A DNA stretch of 64,000 bases from an uncultured Prevotellaceae bacterium (GTDB lineage: Bacteria; Bacteroidota; Bacteroidia; Bacteroidales; Bacteroidaceae): positions 9,909-73,908 of the forward strand of contig CAMWQU010000007.1 of the NCBI GenBank assembly GCA_947176535.1, in the 5' to 3' direction. The notes beneath the pieces are model-generated. The model was not told the origin of the DNA. It did no database searches and saw only the letters and a list, made by a program, of their open reading frames with translations. Positions 36,195 to 45,262 of the stretch are shown here, in pieces (positions within the stretch are counted from its first letter, which is position 1; every line of letters begins with the position of its first letter). Position numbers and translations under genes: made by a program.

Positions 36195-36325
36195 CAAGTG
36201 CCGTCGTCGCAGGGCGTGTTTTCAGTTGGGGAATAGGGGGATAAAGCGTCGCTGTCCCGTCCTTTCGTGACAGCTTTAGGAGCTATTCTCCGTCCGTCGT
36301 CGGTGAACGGCTGTTCATCGACGGC
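36195..36325. repeat. Possible degenerate copy of repeat family 1
   Basis: It contains GCCGTCGTCGCAGGG, GTTTTCAGT (36218-36226), AATAGGGGGATAAAGC (36232-36247) and CCGTCCGTCGTCGG. These resemble the modules ACGGTCGTCGGGG, CGTTTCAGT and CCATAGCGGGATAAAGC of the copy at 56688-56815. Confidence 0.35.
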
Positions 36326-36333
36326 GGATAAAC

Positions 36334-36371
36334 ATTCATCGCCGATGAACGTGCGTTCATCGGCGATGAAT
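36334..36371 (-). terminator. Perfect 17-bp hairpin downstream of the ABC-F gene
   Basis: ATTCATCGCCGATGAAC (36334-36350) pairs with GTTCATCGGCGATGAAT (36355-36371) around a 4-nt loop. The U-tract is weak (GTTTAT). Each arm is itself palindromic. Confidence 0.5.
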
Positions 36372-36398
36372 AGAGAATATATTCCGAGGCCGGCTTTA

Positions 36399-38021
<1,623 letters not shown>

Positions 38022-38068
38022 TTATCTGAATATAATGTTATAGCTTGCGATAGGTTGGTCTTTTGTGC

Positions 38069-38551
38069 TTATTTCTTCAGGCTGTCGCCGATGAACTGGA
38101 ACGGCATAAGTGCCTTTACCGTTTCCACGATGTGTGTGCCGCCGGTTCCGTGGAGCAGTACGCGCACGGGCTCCCCGTAGCGGTCTTCCACCTCAAGCAT
38201 CACCTGTCGGCAGGCACCGCATGGCGAAATGGGTTCGGGGTAGAAGTGGCCGTTGGCGAAAGCCGCAATGGCGATGGATTCGATGGGTTGGTCGGGATAC
38301 TGGTGCTGGGCGTGGAAGATGGCGGTGCGCTCGGCGCACATGCCCAGCGGATAGGAGGCGTTCTCCTGATTGCTGCCCGTGACGATGATGCCGTTCCTGA
38401 GACGCAGGGCGGCACCTACCCGGAAGCAGGAATAGGGACTGTAACTCTGTTCCGTGGCTTTCTTGGCCAGTTCCACCAATTCGCGGTCTTCTGCGGTGAG
38501 TTCATGGTCTTGATAAATGCAGACCTCACTCGAAATCTTATACCTCTCCAT
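38069..38551 (-). CDS. cdd: Cytidine deaminase
   Basis: The zinc motifs are CAERTAIFHA and PCGACRQVM. The start is set at MERYK because the -7 box at 38573-38580 overlaps the longer start. Confidence 0.9.
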   Translation of the reverse strand: MERYKISSEVCIYQDHELTAEDRELVELAKKATEQSYSPYSCFRVGAALRLRNGIIVTGSNQENASYPLGMCAERTAIFHAQHQYPDQPIESIAIAAFANGHFYPEPISPCGACRQVMLEVEDRYGEPVRVLLHGTGGTHIVETVKALMPFQFIGDSLKK

Positions 38552-38572
38552 GACAAAAGCCTTATTTGTGTG

Positions 38573-38580
38573 CAAAGGTA
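38573..38580 (-). promoter_or_regulatory. -7 promoter box (TACCTTTG on the minus strand) for cdd
   Basis: It is a perfect TAnnTTTG 21 nt upstream of the ATG at 38551. Confidence 0.55.
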
Positions 38581-38652
38581 CGAATTTAAGTTAAAAACGA
38601 AAAATAAAATCGAAAATACTCACCGGAATGCGGCAACATGGCCTTTTTTCAT

Positions 38653-38660
38653 TACCTTTG
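38653..38660 (+). promoter_or_regulatory. -7 promoter box (TACCTTTG) for the LysM glucosaminidase gene
   Basis: It is a perfect TAnnTTTG 23 nt upstream of the ATG at 38684. Confidence 0.55.
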
Positions 38661-38683
38661 TCTCGAAATCAAACGCATACGGC

Positions 38684-39652
38684 ATGAAACGCATCGCACG
38701 CCTACTCTTACTTCTTGTTTGCTGTCTTTCTCCTTTGGCTCCTCTTCGTGCCCAGCAAGGTGTTCCTACCTATGTGGCTTACATCAAGCAGTACCACCGG
38801 ATGGCTCAGGAGCAGATGTTGCGCCACCGCATTCCGGCCAGCATCACACTGGCGCAAGGATTGTTGGAGAGCGGGGCGGGGCAGAGCGACCTTGCCCGGA
38901 GGGCGAACAATCATTTCGGAATCAAGGTGGCCGGCGGGTGGACAGGGCCTTATGTGGTGAAGAGCGACGACCGGCCCGACGATAAGTTCCGGAAGTACAA
39001 CAGCGTGGAAGAGAGTTATGAAGACCATTCGAAGTTTCTGCTGAAACCTCGCTATGCCTGTCTTTTTGAACTGAGTCCAACCGACTATAAAGGCTGGGCG
39101 CGGGGGCTGAAATCATGCGGCTATGCCACTAATCCGACCTACGCACAGCAGTTGATAACGATTATCGAGAAATACGAACTCTATCAATACGACGTGGTCG
39201 GCGGGGACGATTCCCGCCACAACCGGCCGGTTCAGCAGCAGGCTGTGGTGACAACCGCCCTGCCGCAGCCGTCCTCGCGGGAGCAGGCGGAAGAGTTGTT
39301 CTTCGCCACGCATCCCGTGCGGTGCAACAACAACAATTATTACATTGTCGTTCAGCCGGGAGACAATTTGCCCATTATCTCCATGATGACGAATGTCTCG
39401 AAGCGCAAACTCCGTCGTTACAATGAGTTACCCAAGAAGTGCCAACCCGTGCCGGGTGACATCCTCTACTTGCAGCGGAAGCGTCATCGCGCCGACCGCT
39501 CTTTCCGGGGAATCCCTCACGTGGTTCAGCCGGGCGAGTCGATGTACACGATTTCGCAGCGTTACGGCATTCGCCTGAAGAATCTTTATGAAATGAATGC
39601 TCTGCCGAACGATTACACGCCGGTGCCCGGGCATCTGCTCCGTATCTTCTGA
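38684..39652 (+). CDS. Peptidoglycan hydrolase: N-acetylglucosaminidase domain plus two LysM domains
   Basis: The signal peptide is MKRIARLLLLLVCCLSPLAPLRAQ. The glucosaminidase motif is ITLAQGLLESGAGQSDLARRANNHFGIK. The LysM segments are YIVVQPGDNLPIIS and HVVQPGESMYTISQRYG. Confidence 0.85.
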   Translation: MKRIARLLLLLVCCLSPLAPLRAQQGVPTYVAYIKQYHRMAQEQMLRHRIPASITLAQGLLESGAGQSDLARRANNHFGIKVAGGWTGPYVVKSDDRPDDKFRKYNSVEESYEDHSKFLLKPRYACLFELSPTDYKGWARGLKSCGYATNPTYAQQLITIIEKYELYQYDVVGGDDSRHNRPVQQQAVVTTALPQPSSREQAEELFFATHPVRCNNNNYYIVVQPGDNLPIISMMTNVSKRKLRRYNELPKKCQPVPGDILYLQRKRHRADRSFRGIPHVVQPGESMYTISQRYGIRLKNLYEMNALPNDYTPVPGHLLRIF

Positions 39653-39680
39653 TACTTTCGTGCGGAAAAATGTAAATAAA

Positions 39681-39712
39681 TTTGCGTTTTTGCGTGCTTA
39701 TTCGTACCTTTG
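39681..39712 (+). promoter_or_regulatory. Promoter of tRNA-Pro (-33 TTTG and -7 TACCTTTG)
   Basis: TTTG lies at 39681-39684 and TACCTTTG at 39705-39712, a 20-nt spacing that fits the Bacteroides consensus. Confidence 0.65.
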
Positions 39713-39739
39713 CACCGCTTTCCGAAGAAAAGGGAGCAT

Positions 39740-39812
39740 CGGGGTGTAGCGCAGTTGGTAGCGTTCCTGGTTTGGGACCAGGCGGTCGCCCGTTCGAGTC
39801 GGGTCGCCCCGA
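39740..39812 (+). tRNA. tRNA-Pro (anticodon TGG)
   Basis: It folds into a cloverleaf. The acceptor is CGGGGTG/CGCCCCG (one G:U), the D-arm GCGC-AGTTGGTA-GCGT, the anticodon arm CCTGG-TTTGGGA-CCAGG and the T-arm GCCCG-TTCGAGT-CGGGT. The discriminator is A and CCA is not encoded. Confidence 0.9.
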
Positions 39813-39816
39813 CACG

Positions 39817-39851
39817 GAGGAGAGTCAGACAGAGACTCTCCTCTTTGGTTT
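39817..39851 (+). terminator. Hairpin plus T-tract immediately after tRNA-Pro
   Basis: A 10-bp stem pairs GAGGAGAGTC (39817-39826) with GACTCTCCTC (39834-39843) and is followed by TTTGGTTT. Confidence 0.7.
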
Positions 39852-39854
39852 GGA

Positions 39855-41195
39855 ATGCGTATGATGAAACTGACGAATCCCATTCTTCAACTGGCTTTGC
39901 CCTCCGTGGTGGCCAACATCACGGTGCCGCTGTTGGGTGTGGTAGATACCGCAATAGTGGGGCACATGGGGCGGGCGGAGTACATTGCCGCCGTGGCCAT
40001 CGGCACTACGATTCTCAACATGATTTACTGGTTGTGCGGTTTCCTGCGTATGGGCACCACGGGCATTGTAAGTCAGGCGCATGGAAGCGGAGACGAGCAG
40101 CGCATTCGTGAGGGACTTACACGCAGTCTGCTGTTCGGCCTTTTCATCGGGGTGTGCCTGTTGCTTTTGCAAAGTCCTTTGCTGCGTTTCGCATTGTGGC
40201 TGATGGAGCCGGAATCGGAAGTGCTGCATTATACCACGGCCTATTTTCGGGTCTGCATCTGGGGCGCCCCGGCTATGCTGGCCGGTTATAGCCTGACAGG
40301 ATGGTTTATCGGGATGCAGAATACACGCATTCCCATGTGTATGGCTATCCTGCAGAACCTGCTCAATATCTTTTGTACGCTCCTGTTTGTCTTTGTGCTT
40401 GATATGGGTATCGGCGGGGTAGCATTGGGAACTGTTGTCGGGATTTATGGGGGCGTGATGGCCGCTCCTCTCTTGTCCTCCCCCAAGGAACGGGAACTGC
40501 TGCGGGACGTTTTCCGAAAGTATCTGAGCGAGAGGACAGAACATATCGCTTTGCGTTTCGATAATCTTCGCTTTTGGAGAACGAAGGAGGGAACTTTGTA
40601 TCGTGATCTCTTTCTTCGTACCCTCTGCCTTGTGGGCGTCACCGTCTACTTTACGACGGCGGGTAGCCGTATGGGGACGCTCACGCTCGATGCCAACGCC
40701 CTGCTGATGCAGTTCTTTATGCTTTATTCCTACTTTACGGATGCACTTGCCAATGCTGCGGAAGCCTTGAGCGGCGAGTATCTGGGACGTCGTGACGGGG
40801 CCGGGCTTCGCGGTATCGTTCGTCAGCTTTTTGGTTGGGGGGCTTGCTTCGCTCTTGTCTTCACCCTCCTGTATGCTACGGCTGCGACTCCGATTCTTCA
40901 CCTCTTTACCAATCAGACAGAAGTCATTGCTTACGCCCGTCCTTATCTCCCGTGGATTATTGCTGTTCCTTTTGTTTCCCTTGCCGCTTTTATCTGGGAT
41001 GGCGTATATATAGGACTGACGCTGACGAGCCGGATGTTTCTCTCCATGCTTGTCAGCGCCATTGTCTTTTTTGCGTTGTGGTCGCTTTTAGGGCCAAGCA
41101 ACCACGCCCTTTGGTTTAGTTTCGTGGCCTACCTCGCCACACGTAGCCTCATGCAAACCGTTTTAATCAGCAGGTATTCCGTACCCTCAGTCTGA
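39855..41195 (+). CDS. MATE-family efflux transporter
   Basis: 446 aa with 12 predicted transmembrane segments. The N-terminus is ILQLALPSVVANITVPLLGVVDTAIVGHMG. Confidence 0.9.
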   Translation: MRMMKLTNPILQLALPSVVANITVPLLGVVDTAIVGHMGRAEYIAAVAIGTTILNMIYWLCGFLRMGTTGIVSQAHGSGDEQRIREGLTRSLLFGLFIGVCLLLLQSPLLRFALWLMEPESEVLHYTTAYFRVCIWGAPAMLAGYSLTGWFIGMQNTRIPMCMAILQNLLNIFCTLLFVFVLDMGIGGVALGTVVGIYGGVMAAPLLSSPKERELLRDVFRKYLSERTEHIALRFDNLRFWRTKEGTLYRDLFLRTLCLVGVTVYFTTAGSRMGTLTLDANALLMQFFMLYSYFTDALANAAEALSGEYLGRRDGAGLRGIVRQLFGWGACFALVFTLLYATAATPILHLFTNQTEVIAYARPYLPWIIAVPFVSLAAFIWDGVYIGLTLTSRMFLSMLVSAIVFFALWSLLGPSNHALWFSFVAYLATRSLMQTVLISRYSVPSV

Positions 41196-41214
41196 TGAGG
41201 TGTCGCGGTAATAC

Positions 41215-41520
41215 CTATTTGTCAGTTTCGTACTCCTTCTTTCTTTTCGGGTTCATCGGGAACCACCCGCGACGGACGCGCTCGTATTGCTGACGCACTT
41301 CGAGAATGCTCCAGAAGCAGGAGAATGCGATGACTCCGAGAATGATGCTCAGGTATTCGTTCGTCGTGACCAGAGAGGCGGCAAGGGTACCGATGCCGGC
41401 CAGCAGAAAGGCCGGCCAGCAACGATGTCCGAAATAGTATTCGGCTTTGATGACAATCGGATGAAATAGACCGATGCAGACGAAAGTCGCAAAACCGATG
41501 ATAATTCCAATCCAGTTCAT
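41215..41520 (-). CDS. Small membrane protein (DUF4491-like)
   Basis: 101 aa with three hydrophobic segments (MNWIGIIIGFATFVCIGLFHPIVIKAEYYFG). It lies 11 bp downstream of the GH35 gene. Confidence 0.6.
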   Translation of the reverse strand: MNWIGIIIGFATFVCIGLFHPIVIKAEYYFGHRCWPAFLLAGIGTLAASLVTTNEYLSIILGVIAFSCFWSILEVRQQYERVRRGWFPMNPKRKKEYETDK

Positions 41521-41531
41521 ACGGTAAAATC

Positions 41532-43982
41532 TCAGAACTTGAAGCTGTCACTCTTCACGTAGATGCGATAGTCCTTGATGCTCTCGGGGGCACCTTCCTC
41601 CACACGGGGCAGGTAACGGAATCCCGACATTGTCTTGTCCTGTCCCATGTCGATGATTACCGCGTGCGGGAACTGTACGCCTTTGTTTGTAGACCAGTAG
41701 GTGCTTTCCTGCAGGTCGAAAACCTTATCTGCGTTTTTGTTACCCGAACTTACGTCTTCGTCGTCGGCATAAGCTATCTGCCACGATTCGCGGCTCAGTT
41801 GCTGTCCCTGTTCGTCAAGCATGTACCACTCGGCGATACAGCAGTATTCCCGGTTCCAGTGGCTGTTCAGAGCCTCGATGCAGACATAGCGACCCGTGAC
41901 GGGCTTGTCGAAATGCACCTCCTGCCAACCGTTTCCGGCCTTGAACGTACCCGTCTTAACGGGTGTCTCCCCTGTCAAGACGAGATTCTGCCCTTTGGCG
42001 CGGTGGGTCTGCGGGCCCTCCAGATTCAGACGGTCGATGATGGGCGTTTGCAGACCTTCGATAGTCTTCTCGCCGCGCGGCCCCATGATGTCGAGGACGA
42101 TGACTTCGTTGCGTCCTTTTTTCAGCCAGCAGCCAGGCATATAAAGGGTCTGCTGCGGGCCGATGTACCAATGGCGGCCGATGGCGTGTCCATTGACGTA
42201 CACCTGTCCTTTACCCCAGTTCTCAAGGTTAAGGAACGTATCGCCCACCTTCTTCAGGTCGAAGTAACCGCGATAGTAGCCGGGCGTTCCGGTCAAGTCC
42301 TTTCCGTCTTTATTCCACATTTCTTTGCCGAACCGCTGTCCCGTTGTGTGCTTGGTCAGGTCGGTATTGTGCTCGAGAGCACTCACGGCCTTTGCGTAGC
42401 TGTCCGGCAGGGCCACTTTGGCCCATCGTCCGGGCTTCCACGTGGTCTCGGTTCCGTCTATGACACTCGTAAGGACGACATCGGACACGATACCCTTGAA
42501 GTCCTTGATGGCACGGCCGAAGTTGATACGTCCCATGCCTTCCACCAGAATCTCCAGTTCGTCGCCTTTCTTTACGGGCGGCAACATCAATGTCTTCTCG
42601 TGCTTCACGCGGTCTATCTTACCTATGTATTTGCCGTTGATGTACACTTGTGCATAGTCGTGTATCTCGGCCGTCAGCACGCTCTGTGCCGTGATTTCGG
42701 GCAGTGTGGTCGTGTACAGCATACATCCCCAGCCCATATCCATTTCCTCGAAAGTCACCAGACCTCCCTCTTTGCGAATCAGTATGGACTGGTCGGGGTC
42801 TTCGCCGTTCAGTATGGAGGAAAACTCTGTCAGCTCAAACTTGGGTATGGCGATGGTGGGGTATTCCTTGGGCACGGCGGCCTGTTTCTTGCTGCCCGTC
42901 CACTTCTTCTCTTCGGGATTCCACTCGCCGCTGTACTTCTGCATGGCCTCGCGCAGTTTCCAGTATTTCGGAGTTGTCTGTCCGGCCTCGTTGATGGGTG
43001 CGTCGTAGTCGTAGCTGGTGACGTCGGGAGCAAATCCCGGACTGTTGGCACCGGCCCAGTGTCCCCAGTTGGTGCCTCCGTGGGTCATGTAGAGGGAGAA
43101 CGATATTCCGCGGTCGAGCATCTGCGTAATGCCCTCCACCATGGCCTCGGCGCCGCGTGTCTCGTGGCGGCCGCCCCACTTGTCGAACCAGCCGCTCCAG
43201 AACTCGGAACACATCTTCGGGCTGTTGGGGCGCAGTTCGCTCAGGCGGCGGAACTCGTGGTCGATGTTGGCTCCGGTGCCGAAGTTCATCGTCCACGTGA
43301 GGTCGTCGAGGCCGTTTTTCTCAAAGTTGCTGGACCAGTCGCACTGGAAGAGCTCCACCTTGTCGAACCCGCTCTTGCGGATGATGTCGCGCACGGCCGA
43401 GATGTACGGTTTGTCCTGTCCATACGAGCCGTACTCATTCTCCACCTGCACCATGATGATGGGGCCGCCTTTCTCGATGGTCAGGTCACCCAGTTGTTCG
43501 CCCACCTTCTTCTCGAAAATCTCCAATCTCTCCATGAAGAACGGGTCTTGTTCGCGCAGGCGGATGTCTTTCTTCTTCAGCAGCCACCAAGGCAGACCGC
43601 CCATTTCCCATTCGGCGCAAACGTAGGGGCCGGGACGCACGATGACGTACATGTCGTTCTTCTGTGCCAGTTTCACGAACGCGCGTATGTCGTTGTTGCC
43701 CGTGAAGTCGAACCGGTCCATCTGCGGTTCATGGGAGTTCCAGAAGATGTAGATGCAGAGCGTATTCATGCCCAGTGCCTTACACATCTGAATGCGCTGT
43801 TCCCAGTAGGGGCGCGGGATGCGCGGATAGTGCACCTCGGCCGCTTTCACCACGAAGGGCTTGTTGTTGAGCAGGAAAGTCCGGTCGCCGATGCTGAATG
43901 TCTCAGTCTTTTGTGCTGCATCGACGAACGCCGGCAATACAGCCATAAGAATAGCGAAAATGATTTTTTTCATGATATTCAT
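41532..43982 (-). CDS. Beta-galactosidase (GH35) with a C-terminal discoidin/CBM32-like domain
   Basis: It has a signal peptide. GH35 motifs are VHYPRIPRPYWEQRIQMCKALGMNTLCIYIFWNSHEP and MVQVENEYGSYG. The C-terminal domain is F5/8 type C-like. Confidence 0.92.
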   Translation of the reverse strand: MNIMKKIIFAILMAVLPAFVDAAQKTETFSIGDRTFLLNNKPFVVKAAEVHYPRIPRPYWEQRIQMCKALGMNTLCIYIFWNSHEPQMDRFDFTGNNDIRAFVKLAQKNDMYVIVRPGPYVCAEWEMGGLPWWLLKKKDIRLREQDPFFMERLEIFEKKVGEQLGDLTIEKGGPIIMVQVENEYGSYGQDKPYISAVRDIIRKSGFDKVELFQCDWSSNFEKNGLDDLTWTMNFGTGANIDHEFRRLSELRPNSPKMCSEFWSGWFDKWGGRHETRGAEAMVEGITQMLDRGISFSLYMTHGGTNWGHWAGANSPGFAPDVTSYDYDAPINEAGQTTPKYWKLREAMQKYSGEWNPEEKKWTGSKKQAAVPKEYPTIAIPKFELTEFSSILNGEDPDQSILIRKEGGLVTFEEMDMGWGCMLYTTTLPEITAQSVLTAEIHDYAQVYINGKYIGKIDRVKHEKTLMLPPVKKGDELEILVEGMGRINFGRAIKDFKGIVSDVVLTSVIDGTETTWKPGRWAKVALPDSYAKAVSALEHNTDLTKHTTGQRFGKEMWNKDGKDLTGTPGYYRGYFDLKKVGDTFLNLENWGKGQVYVNGHAIGRHWYIGPQQTLYMPGCWLKKGRNEVIVLDIMGPRGEKTIEGLQTPIIDRLNLEGPQTHRAKGQNLVLTGETPVKTGTFKAGNGWQEVHFDKPVTGRYVCIEALNSHWNREYCCIAEWYMLDEQGQQLSRESWQIAYADDEDVSSGNKNADKVFDLQESTYWSTNKGVQFPHAVIIDMGQDKTMSGFRYLPRVEEGAPESIKDYRIYVKSDSFKF

Positions 43983-44060
43983 TATAATATAAGTAAATAG
44001 AAATCTCCGTAAAGGTACAAAATAATTCGTATTTGTAATTACGAATATACGAAAAAATTG

Positions 44061-44068
44061 TAACTTTG
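44061..44068 (+). promoter_or_regulatory. -7 promoter box (TAACTTTG) for the zinc-ribbon protein gene
   Basis: It is a perfect TAnnTTTG 26 nt upstream of the ATG at 44095. Confidence 0.5.
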
Positions 44069-44094
44069 TACTATATTATAATAGATGTAGCGTT

Positions 44095-44967
44095 ATGGCG
44101 ATGATAAAATGCCCCAAGTGCCGTCATCACATATCGTCGATGGCCAGAGCGTGTCCGGAATGTGGAATTTCCATTGATTCCGAATGGGCCGGTGCCGAGG
44201 CCGAACGGGAACTGCGGAAACTGGAGGATATCCCTTTCACGGTGGAGGTGGGAAGCGGAGAATGCGAACCGGCGTTTCCGTCTCCCTCAGATGCCGGGAA
44301 CGAATGCCTGCCGGATGGAGAGGAACACGAGCCGGTGAGCGATGTCCCGGAAGAACTTCCAGAGGATGAGCCCAAAGAGCAATCTGCACCGGCGGAGCCT
44401 GTTTCCGCGTCCGTCTCTTCGGGCGGCAGGCGAGGGTGGCGGGCGGTACTTCTGTTCTGCCTCCTGCTGGGCCTGCTCATCGGAGGGCTCTGCCTCTATA
44501 TGTACTACGAAGAGCGGCAACGCGAGGAACGCGCCTACGAACTTCTGCAAGGCTGTTCGGACCCGCAGTTCTACGAAGACTTTATCACCCGTTACCGTCG
44601 GAGCCGACACCTTGAGGACGTGCGTGAGCGTTACAAAGAGGTCTCCGCCCGTCAGGAGGAGTGGAAGTCTCTGGTGGAGAAAGGCGGTCGTGAGGAGCTA
44701 CGGCAGTTTGTGGCGCAGCATCCCGGCAGCCCTTACGTGCCGGTCGCACGGGCCCGCATCGACTCACTCGACTGGGCCGAGGTGCAGGAACTTCACACGC
44801 TGGAGGCGGTTACGTCCTACCTGACAGCCCATCCCGACGGGTATTACATCGCCCAGGCCGAAGTGTTGCGTCAGATGCTGGAGCGTGCCCGGATAGAGGC
44901 GGAGGCACTGGTTGCGGCGCAGCGGGATTCGTTGTCGGCCATTGAGCCCAAGCGCGCTTTACCCTGA
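44095..44967 (+). CDS. Hypothetical single-pass membrane protein with an N-terminal zinc ribbon
   Basis: The zinc ribbon is CPKCRHHISSMARACPECG. It is followed by an acidic linker, one transmembrane segment (AVLLFCLLLGLLIGGLCLYMY) and a helical C-terminal domain. Confidence 0.65.
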   Translation: MAMIKCPKCRHHISSMARACPECGISIDSEWAGAEAERELRKLEDIPFTVEVGSGECEPAFPSPSDAGNECLPDGEEHEPVSDVPEELPEDEPKEQSAPAEPVSASVSSGGRRGWRAVLLFCLLLGLLIGGLCLYMYYEERQREERAYELLQGCSDPQFYEDFITRYRRSRHLEDVRERYKEVSARQEEWKSLVEKGGREELRQFVAQHPGSPYVPVARARIDSLDWAEVQELHTLEAVTSYLTAHPDGYYIAQAEVLRQMLERARIEAEALVAAQRDSLSAIEPKRALP

Positions 44968-44980
44968 AAAAATACCCTTG

Positions 44981-45141
44981 TCGGACGGCCTTTTCCGGCC
45001 TTCCCCGGCGGCCCCGTTTCGACGACGGATAAGAGCCCATAGGAGGACGGGCGTCCGTCCATAGCGGGACTGAGCCTCGTCCATAGCGGGATCGAGGCCC
45101 GTCCATAGTTAGGTTGCTGTACGGTCGTCCGGGCGGTCGTT
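44981..45141. repeat. Repeat family 1 copy with three direct core units phased at 22 bp
   Basis: GTCCATAG occurs at 45057, 45079 and 45101. The unit is CCTCGTCCATAGCGGGATCGAG. The flanking modules are GGCCTTCCCCGGC, GGCCCCGTTT, GGATAAGAG and ACGGTCGTCC (45121-45130). Confidence 0.8.
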
Positions 45142-45204
45142 TTCTCTCTGCGAACCGATGCTTTACGGGAGTCGCCTTGCAGGCCCACAAAAAACAGAGC
45201 GGAT

Positions 45205-45253
45205 AAAAAAGAAGCGGGCATCCGGCCAAAGGTCGGATGCCCGCTTTGTTTTC
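45205..45253. terminator. Bidirectional terminator between the zinc-ribbon gene and glyA
   Basis: A 12-bp perfect stem pairs AGCGGGCATCCG (45213-45224) with CGGATGCCCGCT (45234-45245). It is flanked by AAAAAA upstream and TTGTTTT downstream. Confidence 0.8.
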
Positions 45254-45262
45254 GTTTGTCGC

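Noticed and set aside
45050-45110. The tandem CGTCCATAGCGGGA units might be a miniature CRISPR array.
   Set aside because: The units are only 22 bp in total, a core of about 14 bp plus about 8 bp of semi-conserved linker. There are at most three of them, no spacer-like unique sequences, and no cas genes in the window.
44810-45229. Small ORFs cross the family 1 repeats and share PLWT-containing peptides, for example SVPLWTD, IPLWTR and YPAMDG. They lie at 7231-7545, 44810-45229, 44871-45221, 56606-56845 and 56722-56994.
   Set aside because: The shared peptide is only the translation of the repeat core (CCGCTATGGACG gives PLWT). The ORFs are on different strands and frames relative to the core, have no consistent starts or lengths, and overlap terminators and promoters.
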